This document shows positions 13,448 to 25,710 of a stretch of DNA of 64,000 nt, in pieces. Both the position numbers and the translations under genes were made by a program. Origin of the DNA: Eledone cirrhosa (Eukaryota); assembly GCA_964016885.1 (NCBI GenBank), contig OZ024742.1, positions 116,064,001 through 116,128,000 on the forward strand, given 5' to 3'. The notes below the pieces were generated by a model, which worked only from the letters and a program-made list of their open reading frames with translations, was not told the DNA's origin and made no database searches. Numbering within the stretch: position 1 is the first letter of the stretch; every line of letters begins with the position of its first letter.

Positions 13448-13551
<104 letters not shown>

Positions 13552-13803
13552 GGGGGGGGTATATTTACGTAGAAAATGTAGAGGAAAAAGAGTGCTCTAT
13601 GTATTGTAAAAAGCTATTTCATTACCGATGGTTTCAAGAAACTAAATGATTCTTGCAATGAAGATCCAGTTTGTTTGTCAAACAAAACTATTTTTTCTGA
13701 CGAATGAACTGGATATTCCTTGCAAGAATCATCTAGTTTCTTGAAACCTTCCGTAACCATATAACTTTATTGTGTATTGCATTGTTTATCATCTAATTAT
13801 ATA

Positions 13804-14915
13804 CAGGGACCGGACGGTATTTTAGAACCGATTTATGGTTTTTAAAAAACGCTCATAAAATAACAGAAAAAAACTGTATTATTATAAAAATAACATAAAC
13901 ATAAAGCTAAATTATCATTTAATAAAACCACCATAAGCATCAATAACTGCCTCTACACGGAGTCGAAATCGTTTACAAGCACAGATTAAGTGGTCCTTGT
14001 TCATATTGGACATAACTCGAATTATGGCGGCTTTCAAAGAATCTTTGGTGCTATTGGCAATTTTCTCCACAGTGCTCCATAGATAGTAGTCCAGTGGATT
14101 AAGATCTGAGGAATTAGGAGACCAAATGTTGGGGGTGGTGTGATCATGCGAATTGTCAGCCATCCCTTCTTGTCATTTGAGCCTTGTGTGATGGTGCAGA
14201 ATCTTGTTGAAAGACATAAGGCCTTCTATTGCATACACTGTTGATCCAAGGCTTAACAACTTTATCCAGAACCTCAATATATGCAGCAGCATTCACCCTA
14301 AGGCCTTGTGGAAAAAAGTGAGGAGGCATCACATGTCCTTCATTGCTAACAACACCCAAAACCATGACACTTGCAGGAAATGCTGTGTGCATTACTCTTG
14401 GAAGCTCAGAAGGGTCTGCACATAGCCACCTGTCATTTCTTCTGTTAGTTTTCAGGTCCTGGTCAAAGTTTTTCTAATCTGAGAAATAGCAAATCACACC
14501 ATCTTCTGATGGATTTTTAAATTTGTTTAAAAGTGTTTTGGATCTGATTAAACGCTTTTCTTTTGTTTTTTCTGACATGAATTGACATATTCTCACCACG
14601 TAAGATTTGTATCTGATGTCTTCATACACAACATTTCTGATTGTTCTTTTTGACACACCAAATCTTTTGCAATTGAGCTCATTGCATGTTCTGGATTGTC
14701 ATCAATGTCTTGCTTAACTTCCTGAATAAATTCAGGTGTACTGATAGAATCAGGGCGTTTTGGAATGTTTTTACGTTTTGATACAGATAATACGCTTCCA
14801 TCTTCTTTCTCTAACTCACACCGAATCTTGTGGGCAAAATATCTTGCAACTTTCAGAAAACGAGAAATATCTAAATCCCCATGCTTAGCCTTCAAAGCCA
14901 AAATCACAGCATATA
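13804..14915 (-). mobile_element. Decayed Tc1/mariner-superfamily transposase, DD37D (maT-like) spacing
   Basis: Frameshifted pieces: FSDE.., VMVLGVVSNEGHVMPPHFF, FQQDSAPSHKA, WSPNSSDLNPLDY. There are 37 residues between the last two Asp if a 2-nt deletion is restored. TA-CAGGG end at 13802-13808; the other TIR was not found. Confidence 0.85.
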
Positions 14916-15815
14916 ACGTAAAAACTGCCAGCAGTACGGATATATTTGGTATACCCACACGCATCTGTTTAGTTATTATTTAATGAAATGTATGCACTCT
15001 GTATTAAAGTTTGTATTTACAACATGTGGCTCTCATAAATTCATTGATTGAACAAATACTGGCCGCAGCTATAAGGATTGTGTCCAATTACCTTCACTAA
15101 ACTATATTTATTCATCTCCCAGGGGATGGATTTACTCTTAATTGTAAGTTGAAGACTATTTTTTATCTTAGTTCGATTTGTACATTTTTCGCATCTCTCT
15201 GTTCGTTCTCACATAACTAAAATGGTTGAGAGCTTGGGCTTATATTCAGTACTTTCAATGTCCGACTAAAGTGAGATCCGAACAACGGCTGATCTTAACA
15301 TAGCTCTTCTCTATAAGATCATGTGCTTCTGCTCACAGAATCTGATATCGTGTTGATGCCTGTTGAACAGTAGCAGTCACTTGGATGAATTTTTTTTCGA
15401 GTTGGGGCTGAATCCAGCTTGTAAACCATTACATAACCCACGTTGTGTAATATATGGCAACATTACATGACTTTTGCAAGGAACACATGCTCAGGGAAGT
15501 GTTTCTCAGATATTGTAGCACAGAAATTGCCGGCAATCCTAGTTTATTTGGTATACCCACAAGAAGTTGTGTATTTACTGATTAACACAGTATGTGCACG
15601 AATGAAATGTAAGAAGGTATTTACAATAAAATCATTGAGTGAGTAAATAACGACCGGAACTATTAGGATTCTTTCCGATTAGCTTCATTAATATATGCAT
15701 AAACATTTCTGTATCTATTGTAGTTATGTTATCTTATATGTATAGCATGTATGTTATGTGTTATACTCACTATTATTCATCTCCTACATATAAAGAAACA
15801 TACACACACACACAG

Positions 15816-15863
<48 letters not shown>

Positions 15864-15864
15864 A

Positions 15865-16350
15865 TGAAAAGAGTCAGGGCCCCGACAGCTGAGCTCCGGC
15901 CGTTTTTACAGATTATAGATACTTGTATAGGATGAAACCTCTCTTAATGCTGTGCGTGTACGCCTGACTGGCTTGGCATCCTGAGGTAACTCTGCCTTCT
16001 TACCCCTTACCTCTTGTATTTCGGCCTGTTTAGCCCCTTACGGCAATGAAGGTATTTATCTATGTACAAGACATCCCAGATCACTGACCTCTCCCCGTGA
16101 CAGACAAGCAAAACAACAAACTTTTAGGATTTTTTGCTTAGATCTTTCTTTGCTTATGCATGATGCATGCCTATATATGGACTGAACCCTTGACAAACAC
16201 AGCTAGATTCCCACCGTTCTAATACTGGTGGCTTAGTTTGGATCTAGCTGTCGAAACGGACGGAGTTCAGCCGTCGGGGTCCTGACTCTTTTCATATTAC
16301 CCACTTTTCTACCCTAAGCAGTGAGTAATCTGGTGCGTTATGGACGCTCT
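15865..16350. mobile_element. pLTR-like family with degenerate long-stem HHR (other fragments at 16715-16920, 41375-41460, 57900-58020)
   Basis: gaaccc-TTGACAA-acacagctagat...atctagctgtc-GAAA-cgg...gccg-TC-ggggtc at ~16183-16282; inverted partial copy at 15865-15905. Confidence 0.6.
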
Positions 16351-16380
16351 TTGTGTATATATATATATATATATATATAT

Positions 16381-16685
16381 AATATGGAAAACGAAGAATC
16401 AGTGATGCATCGAAACACAATTCATTATAACTGTTTCTCCGGCGAACAGCTCGAGGTACGATCTTTTTGTGGATCGAACCTGACTCTGATTTCGCAAGTT
16501 CCTCAGATACGTCTAGTCACTTCGAAGCAAAGCTGTTCGCCGGAGAAACAATTGTAATACGTTAATAAGTTTTTGTTTCGATGCATCACTGATTCTTCGT
16601 TTTTCATATTATTATACTCTTCTCTGAAGGAGCATAGAGTGCTCAACCGGCATACCGCCTATGGACGCATTCAAGCAACCTTACT

Positions 16686-16690
<5 letters not shown>
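16381..16690. repeat. Fold-back element (arms 16381-16450 / 16531-16612); another copy at ~42245-42385
   Basis: Arms are reverse complements; contains the HHR half-motif GAAA-caattg-TA. Confidence 0.65.
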
Positions 16691-16716
<26 letters not shown>

Positions 16717-16914
16717 ACGAAGGAAATGTGGTAAGGAACCAGGTGGACCATAACGCACCAAAGTACTCAATACTTAGGGTAGTAGAGTGGGTAATAGGAA
16801 CAAGTAAGACCCCGACGGCTGAACTCAAGCCGTTTCGACGGCTAATTCTGGACTGACTAGTCCAGAATTAGCCGTCGAAACGGCTTGAGCTCAGCCGTCG
16901 GGGTCTTACTTGTT

Positions 16915-16956
<42 letters not shown>

Positions 16957-17529
16957 TAGATAAATCTACCAAAATTTTACGGTAGTGTCCAATCCGTATG
17001 AAGAACTCAATGTAATCCGGATATCATGAAAAGAGAATATGCATTCAAAAACTACTTTCGGTGAAAAATAAACGGAAAACAGAGTCAAGATAAATTATTA
17101 AAAAAATAATGAATAAACAAAGAAACAGTTCCTTATATTAAACAAAAAAATAATGAACTTGTTTTGTTTAATATAAGGAACTGTTTCTTTGTTTATTCAT
17201 TATTTTTTTAATAATTTATATATATATATATATATATATAAAAACAAATAACGAAACGAAATTAAATTTCGTTTCGCTTCTAACTCACTTTTGTATGACT
17301 GACGCTTAAACAATTAAGTTAAAGTGTACATCTACATATGTATACGGAAGTATTAGTATGCATATAAATACACACATGTATACATATGTACATGTACTGA
17401 ATTTTTCACTAGACACTTTACAGTGAGTGTCAGCTAGTCTGTATGTAACCACACTGACGGACCGGGTTTTAGAGTCATACGAGTTTTCAAGGAAACACAT
17501 TTCCTCTATTCTCCAGAGGGCCAGACAGG

Positions 17530-17574
17530 AATATTGGACTAGTTTCGATGTTATTACATCTCATCAGCAATATT
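17530..17574 (-). ncRNA. Type-I hammerhead ribozyme (repeated at 17999, 18468, 18937, 19406, 19875, 20344)
   Basis: aatattg-CTGATGA-gatgt aata acatc-GAAA-ctag-TC|caatatt: 7-bp stem I, 5-bp stem II, palindromic ACTAGT stem III, GUC site. The 20344 copy has G10.1>C. Confidence 0.92.
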
Positions 17575-20500
17575 TACCCATCTTCCGGCTTCTCTGGAGA
17601 ATTGTAAAAGCACATATCGTTATATGCTTTTTCTATGAAAATTAGTAGTGGGTAGACTAATTTGCATAGAACGTGAGTCATTGTACGCACCGGTTCAGCA
17701 GAAACGATAAAAACAAATAACGAAACGAAATTAAATTTCGTTTCGCTTCTAACTCATTTTTGTATAACTGACGCTTAAACAATTAAGTTAAAGTGTACAT
17801 CTACATATGTATACGGAAGTATTAGTATGCATATAAATACACACATGTATACATATGTACATGTACTGAGTTTTTCACTAGACACTTTACAGTGAGTGTC
17901 AGCTAGTCTGTATGTAACCACACAGAGGGACCGGGTTTTAGAGTCATACGAGTTTTCAAGGAAACACATTTCCTCTATTCTCCAGAGGGCCAGACAGGAA
18001 TATTGGACTAGTTTCGATGTTATTACATCTCATCAGCAATATTTACCCATCTTCCGGCTTCTCTGGAGAATTGTAAAAGCACATATCGTTATATGCTTTT
18101 TCTATGAAAATTAGTAGTGGGTAGACTAATTTGCATAGAACGTGAGTCATTGTACGCACCGGTTCAGCGGAAACGATAAAAACAAATAACGAAACGAAAT
18201 TAAATTTCGTTTCGCTTCTAACTCACTTTTGTATGACTGACGCTTAAACAATTAAGTTAAAGTGTACATCTACATATGTATACGGAAGTATTAGTATGCA
18301 TATAAATACACACATGTATACATATGTACATGTACTGAGTTTTTCACTAGACACTTTACAGTGAGTGTCAGCTAGTCTGTATGTAACCACACAGAGGGAC
18401 CGGGTTTTAGAATCATACGAGTTTTCAAGGAAACACATTTCCTCTATTCTCCAGAGGGCCAGACAGGAATATTGGACTAGTTTCGATGTTATTACATCTC
18501 ATCAGCAATATTTACCCATCTTCCGGCTTCTCTGGAGAATTGTAAAAGCACATATCGTTATATGCTTTTTCTATGAAAATTAGTAGTGGGTAGACTAATT
18601 TACATAGAACGTGAGTCATTGTATGCACCGGTTCAGCGGAAACGATAAAAACAAATAACGAAACGAAATTAAATTTCGTTTCGCTTCTAACTCACTTTTG
18701 TATGACTGACGCTTAAACAATTAAGTTAAAGTGTACATCTACATATGTATACGGAAGTATTAGTATGCATATAAATACACACATGTATACATATGTACAT
18801 GTACTGAGTTTTTCACTAGACACTTTACAGTGAGTGTCAGCTAGTCTGTATGTAACCACACAGACGGACCGGGTTTTAGAGTCATACGAGTTTTCAAGGA
18901 AACACATTTCCTCTATTCTCCAGAGGGCCAGACAGGAATATTGGACTAGTTTCGATGTTATTACATCTCATCAGCAATATTTACCCATCTTCCGGCTTCT
19001 CTGGAGAATTGTAAAAGCACATATCGTTATATGCTTTTTCTATGAAAATTAGTAGTGGTTAGACTAATTTGCATAGAACGTGAGTCATTGTACGCACCGG
19101 TTCAGCGGAAACGATAAAAACAAATAACGAAACGAAATTAAATTTCGTTTCGCTTCTAACTCACTTTTGTATGACTGACGCTTAAACAATTAAGTTAAAG
19201 TGTACATCTACATATGTATACGGAAGTATTAGTATGCATATAAATACACACATGTATACATATGTACATGTACTGAGTTTTTCACTAGACACTTTACAGT
19301 GAGTGTCAGCTAGTCTGTATGTAACCACACAGACGGACCTGGTTTTAGAGTCATACGAGTTTTCAAGGAAACACATTTCCTCTATTCTCCAGAGGGCCAG
19401 ACAGGAATATTGGACTAGTTTCGATGTTATTACATCTCATCAGCAATATTTACCCATCTTCCGGCTTCTCTGGAGAATTGTAAAAGCACATATCGTTATA
19501 TGCTTTTTCTATGAAAATTAGTAGTGGGTAGACTAATTTGCATAGAACGTGAGTCATTGTACGCACCGGTTCAGCGGAAACGATAAAAACAAATAACGAA
19601 ACGAAATTAAATTTCGTTTCGCTTCTAAATCACTTTTGTATGACTGACGCTTAAACAATTAAGTTAAAGTGTACATCTACATATGTATACGGAAGTATTA
19701 GTATGCATATAAATACACACATGTATACATATGTACATGTACTGAGTTTTTCACTAGACACTTTACAGTGAGTGTCAGCTAGTCTGTATGTAACCAGACA
19801 GACGGACCTGGTTTTAGAGTCATACGAGTTTTCAAGGAAACACATTTCCTCTATTCTCCAGAGGGCCAGACAGGAATATTGGACTAGTTTCGATGTTATT
19901 ACATCTCATCAGCAATATTTACCCATCTTCCGGCTTCTCTGGAGAATTGTAAAAGCACATATCGTTATATGCTTTTTCTATGAAAATTAGTAGTGGGTAG
20001 ACTAATTTGCATAGAACGTGAGTCATTGTACGCACCGGTTCAGCGGAAACGATAAAAACAAATAACGAAACGAAATTAAATTTCGTTTCGCTTCTAAATC
20101 ACTTTTGTATGACTGACGCTTAAACAATTAAGTTAAAGTGTACATCTACATATGTATACGGAAGTATTAGTATGCATATAAATACACACATGTATACATA
20201 TGTACATGTACTGAGTTTTTCACTAGACACTTTACAGTGAGTGTCAGCTAGTCTGTATGTAACCACACAGACGGACCTGGTTTTAGAGTCATACGAGTTT
20301 TCAAGGAAACACATTTCCTCTATTCTCCAGAGGGCCAGACAGGAATATTGGACTAGTTTCGATGTTATTACATGTCATCAGCAATATTTACCCATCTTCC
20401 GGCTTCTCTGGAGAATTGTAAAAGCACATATCGTTATATGCTTTTTCTATGAAAATTAGTAGTGGGTAGACTAATTTGCATAGAACGTGAGTCATTGTAC

Positions 20501-20947
20501 GCACCGGTTCAGCGGAAACGATAAAAACAAATAACGAAACGAAATTCTCCAGAGAAGCCGGAAGATGGGTAAGTATTGCTGATGAGATGTAATAACATCG
20601 AAACTAGTCCAATATTCCTGTCTGGCCCTCTGGAGAATAGAGGAAATGTGTTTCCTTGAAAACTCGTATGACTCTAAAACCCGGTCCCTCTGTGTGGTTA
20701 CATACAGACTAGCTGACACTCACTGTAAAGTGTCTAGTGAAAAACTCAGTACATGTACATATGTATACATGTGTGTATTTATATGCATACTAATACTTCC
20801 GTATACATATGTAGATGTACACTTTAACTTAATTGTTTAAGCGTCAGTCATACAAAAGTGAGTTAGAAGCGAAACGAAATTTAATTTCGTTTCGTTATTT
20901 GTTTTTATCGTTTCCGCTGAACCGGTGCGTACAATGACTCACGTTCT

Positions 20948-20955
20948 ATGCAAAT
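20948..20955 (+). promoter_or_regulatory. Octamer motif ATGCAAAT in the array unit (candidate internal promoter element)
   Basis: Exact octamer ~125 nt upstream of the cleavage site, adjacent to TGACTCA; retained in the diverged sister at 12598-12605. Function is inferred only. Confidence 0.4.
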
Positions 20956-21040
20956 TAGTCTACCCACTACTAATTTTCATAGAAAAAGCATATAACGATA
21001 TGTGCTTTTACAATTCTCCAGAGAAGCCGGAAGATGGGTA

Positions 21041-21085
21041 AATATTGCTGATGAGATGTAATAACATCGAAACTAGTCCAATATT
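21041..21085 (+). ncRNA. Type-I hammerhead ribozyme (also at 20572-20616 and 21510-21554)
   Basis: Same motif read on +; predicted cleavage after 20609, 21078 and 21547. The last copy has ctag>cttg. Confidence 0.92.
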
Positions 21086-22063
21086 CCTGTCTGGCCCTCT
21101 GGAGAATAGAGGAAATGTGTTTCCTTGAAAACTCGTATGACTCTAAAACCCGGTCCCTCTGTGTGGTTACATACAGACTAGCTGACACTCACTGTAAAGT
21201 GTCTAGTGAAAAACTCAGTACATGTACATATGTATACATGTGTGTATTTATATGCATATTAATACTTCCGTATACATGTGTAGATGTACACTTTAACTTA
21301 ATTGTTTAAGCGTCAGTCATACAAAAGTGAGTTAGAAGCGAAACGAAATTTAATTTCGTTTCGTTATTTGTTTTTATCGTTTCCGCTGAACCGGTGCGTA
21401 CAATGACTCACGTTCTATGCAAATTAGTCTACCCACTACTAATTTTCATAGAAAAAGCATATAACGATATGTGCTTTTACAATTCTCCAGAGAAGCCGGA
21501 AGATGGGTAAATATTGCTGATGAGATGTAATAACATCGAAACTTGTCCAATATTCCTGTCTGGCCCTCTGGAGAATAGAGGAAATGTGTTTCCTTGAAAA
21601 CTCGTATGACTCTAAAACCCGGTCCGTCTGTGTGGTTACATACAGACTAGCTGACACTCACTGTAAAGTGTCTAGTGAAAAACTCAGTACATGTACATAT
21701 GTATACATGTGTGTATTTATATGCATACTAATACTTCCGTATACATATGTAAATGTACACTTTAACTTAATTATATATATATATATATAAGGAAAATGAA
21801 TCGAACATGTAACTGGAGTCTTTTTAAGAATATTTATTTGTTTCCTTTACCAGTTTCACAGTTCTTATGCTTTTCAAAAGTAGAATTGAAATGGAGGGTT
21901 TGTGGTTTTTCTCACATCTGGTTGGTGTTCAAATGTTACTTCTGTTTTATGTGGAGAAAAGTGGCTCGAATGGTAGGTTTTTTAAAAAATAATTTGGTTG
22001 GTTGATGTCTGTTAGTGAATAAGTATAATAAATTTCGCGCCAGTTCGCGTTACAAAGTGTTTT

Positions 22064-22595
22064 TTGTATTTGCCTTATATAAATATATACATATGACCTG
22101 TGTGCATGAATTTTATTTATTCTTCTTATGTAGGGCAGATAACTATATTAGATATGCCTTTCATCTTATCATTTTTTTTTTTTATTTGGTACACACAATT
22201 AAACATGTTGACACAAATACACCTCTCTTATGCATCTCACACACATTAAAAGAAAGGCGGAAAAATATGTTTCTACTACGTAAGATAAATGAAGTAACCT
22301 AAAATAAAATTGAAACAACTGAACAATTTATTGTATTTGCCTTATATAAATATATACATATGACCTGTGCGCATGAATTTTATTTATTCTTCTTATGTAG
22401 GGCAGATAACTATATTAGATATGCCTTTCATCTTATCATTTTTTTTTTTTATTTGGTACACACAATTAAACATGTTGACACAAATACACCTCTCTTATGC
22501 ATCTCACACACATTAAAAGAAAGGCGGAAAAATATGTTTCTACTACGTAAGATAAATGAAGTAACCTAAAATAAAATTGAAACAACTGAACAATT
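22064..22595. repeat. 267-bp tandem duplication, two near-identical copies
   Basis: 22064-22330 matches 22331-22595. Confidence 0.92.
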
Positions 22596-23694
22596 GCAGT
22601 ACAATTGCTATATTCATAAAATATCTAATTCACAAATGATTGTTGGTGGGTGGACCCCAATGTCACGTGCTGCTTCACACACCACATTAGTGAACAAAGA
22701 ATAGCAACAATAAAGTACAGGGACAATTACCTCAGGGTGCGGTCTTCCCTACACATTCAGTTGTATCCCACATATATGTTTAAGGTGTGGTAAAAAAATG
22801 AGATTAACCAGTCATTTATCAATATAATACTAAAACTCTATGATTATGCTTGTCTGTAATTTAATACAGCCAAAACGACGGATAGTAGGAAAATACTTTC
22901 AAAGGAAATTGCCCCTGAAATAGGAATACAAATGGAATAAAACATGTTGGCGTAAATCAGAGCATAGGTTCCCGATATACGGGGTATTTCGGGGTCCTTC
23001 ATAAATAGCCAACGGCTCTGTTATAAACAATCAGATTATTGTCGTTACTGTTGTGTTTCATTACTAAATAAGAAGCGTTTCTAAGTGTGTTTATATATAT
23101 ATATATATATATATAGTACAACCTATCGCATGATCGGGCCGTCGGCGACTAAACCGGCGACCCCAACACATTTATTGGTGAGGATGGTATGGACACCCGG
23201 CAGGACAAAAAGCAAGACCTGACAAAGGGCGGAAGAATTCATAAGAGTCAACGGCCATCCAAAAGTGTGTAAATATTTATATACACATGAACATATATAT
23301 GTATATGGGTGCATGTGTATGTATATGCGCGGGGAGATAGAAATAGTCGGGCTGGACACCCGACCGTCTGGTTAAACCAGTGGGAGTGAAAGACTCCTAG
23401 GATTTGTCAGGGTATTCTTCTAGGAGAAGGCAACTCAAGAAACTGGGATAATTCCGATATAATACCTGCAGCTCAGTAGTTAGCGATGATGTTGATCTTT
23501 TCCTCTTTTAGGGTTATAGCTACTGTCGCTCAGAGAGTGGGATTTGCTCAGTGCACAGTCTTTCCTCACTTTAAAAAATATCTTCACGCACACGCATTGC
23601 ACGATAGAATTAATTAATGTTTATTAATAATGGTATATCGTGCAATAGCCATACTCGATAACGAGAGGGCATCCATCATATATATATATATATC

Positions 23695-24160
23695 ATAAGT
23701 AAGTCAAACATGTTAAATTTGGCTTTGTTTACTATAAATTCTCAGCTATATATATTTCAGTGACAGCTATTATTGACTGTGACCTCTTCAGGCAGTACGA
23801 ATGAATGTAGAAAGAACAGGTAAACATGGTGTTGAAATGAGTTCCTTCAAATATGATTCCAGTTCCTCGTAGGACACACCTAGAGCTGGACATATCGGTG
23901 AATTGACAGGGTGGAACACATTTCAAAACCATGTTTACCCGTTCTTTCTACATTAATTCGTACTGCCTGAAGAGGTTACAGCCAATAATAGCTGTCACTG
24001 AAGTATATATAGCAGAGAATTTATAATAAACGCAGCCAAATTTAACATGTTTGACTTATTTTACATTACTCCGCAGTAAACTAACCAACCTGCGTACTTC
24101 GTCGAGTGTTGCAGCCTGCATACTAAGGTGTCGGTAAACAACCAACATATACTCAATATA
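23695..24160. mobile_element. Solo inverted pLTR pair of the 8220/10908 PLE family with two HHR motifs (23742-23796 on -, 23962-24016 on +)
   Basis: actgc-CTGAAGA-g...t-GAAA/GAAG-tatata-TA-gcag; 24060-24160 matches the reverse complement of 8220-8310. Confidence 0.75.
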
Positions 24161-25003
24161 TATATGTATATATATGTTGCATACACAATTAATATAGATA
24201 TTAATTTCGATGAGATAAAATGAAAAGAAACACTAAGACAGGTAACAACTAGTTATTTAGAAAATTATTAAAATCTTGAATTAAATAGCAAATCAGACAA
24301 TTTGAATACCAACCATTCGAAGTGTTTGGGAAATGAAAATGATATAGAGAAGAAGAGATTTCTTTAAATGCAACAGATGAGAACTACGGACATGCTTCTT
24401 CCAGACACAGTATATGAGAATATACATATTATTTGAATGCATATCAACGTGTGTGCGCGCGCACGTGGTTGTGTCAGAGTGTATGTATTATGTGCGCGTG
24501 TTGGTGATGTGTGCATGTATACATTTGTACGCTCAATCCACAGACGTCGGATACCTGATTGTAAACACTATACTCAGCAAAGAAAAATATGAGGTCATAG
24601 AATTAAAATAAGCAGATAATTGGAGCCAATGGTAGTGGAATTCATATTTTGTTATATCTCTTCTAGTGTACTCTGTTTACTATGCTGGGCGAGATTGATG
24701 AGGTCTTGCTACAAATGCCAGTTTAACCCCGTTAGAATTTCACCTTCGGTTATTTAGTTACTTAGAAACATTATACAAAATAATCCAACTTACTAACGTA
24801 TCTGTGAATAGTTTTATCATGGCAGACTTACAGAACAATAAACAACAACAGGTGCATGGACAGTTGGAATAGAGGTGTGTTGTATGAAAAAAGCATTATT
24901 ATATTGAGAAAAACGTGTTCACAATAACTCTACATTTTATGATTCTCGGTGTTGAATGATCCGATTGTGATGCAATATTGCTATTCAAATACCAAGTATA
25001 AAC

Positions 25004-25045
<42 letters not shown>

Positions 25046-25154
25046 GTATCAAAAAGGTAGTCGTGGTTTACGGCACATTTGAGAAAAAATGAGTCACCAT
25101 GGAAATTTGAAATAGCTGCTGACGAAAGTCTTAAAATCTATGCCAACAATTAGA

Positions 25155-25710
25155 AAATGTTAACTTTGCCTTTCATCTTAACGGGGTCGATAAAATAAAG
25201 TACTAGTAATGCACTGGTTAATTGCTGTCCGTGTGCCAAACGCAGAAACAATTATATTACTATTAATTGTTTCTACTTTAGGCACAAGGCCAGCAATTAC
25301 CCAGTGCATTACTGGTACTTTATTTTATCTACCCCGTAAGGATGAAAGGCAAAGTCAACCTTATATTACTATTAATGTCACAAGGACAGGAATTTGTGTG
25401 GAGCGAACAGATTGTTACGTTGAACGGCCGTATATGATGGATACATTATTTTATCGACAGAGGATGGGATTTGAACTCAGAATGTAAAGAGTCGATACTA
25501 ATATTACAAGTATTTGACTGATAGTAATAATTGTTTCTACTTTTGGCCCAAGGCCAGCAATTATGCCAGTGTACTTTATTTTATCGATCCCGTAAATATG
25601 AAAGGCAAAGTTAATCTTAGCGGGATTTGAATTCTGACCATAAAGAGCCGTAACTCTTTGCTGCAAAGCATGGCGTCCGACCTTCTGCCGATACTACCAA
25701 TCCACCGCAC
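25155..25710. mobile_element. Cluster of tRNA-derived SINE fragments in both orientations
   Basis: Nin/Deu-like core gcctttcatccttacggggtcgataaaataaagtaccag; near-full copy on - at 25525-25710. Confidence 0.85.

Larger units (their letters stand above)
17238..21772. mobile_element. 469-bp tandem array, retrozyme-like: 7 copies in one orientation (17238-20546) and ~2.6 inverted copies (20543-21772)
   Basis: Unit starts at 17238+469n with only a few substitutions per copy; one type-I HHR per unit; (TA)n at both outer ends. Confidence 0.92.

Noticed and set aside
13625-13760. HHR-like CTGACGA...GAAAccttccGTA inside a fold-back
   Set aside because: Core and stem II are present but stem I does not pair; probably a truncated pLTR scar, so it is not counted as a ribozyme.
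17306-21790. Repeated 64/72-aa ORFs in the 469-bp array, or a CRISPR-like reading of the array
   Set aside because: Short overlapping antisense ORFs with non-ATG starts and no domain. Units are wholly repeated with no unique spacers, and there are no cas genes.
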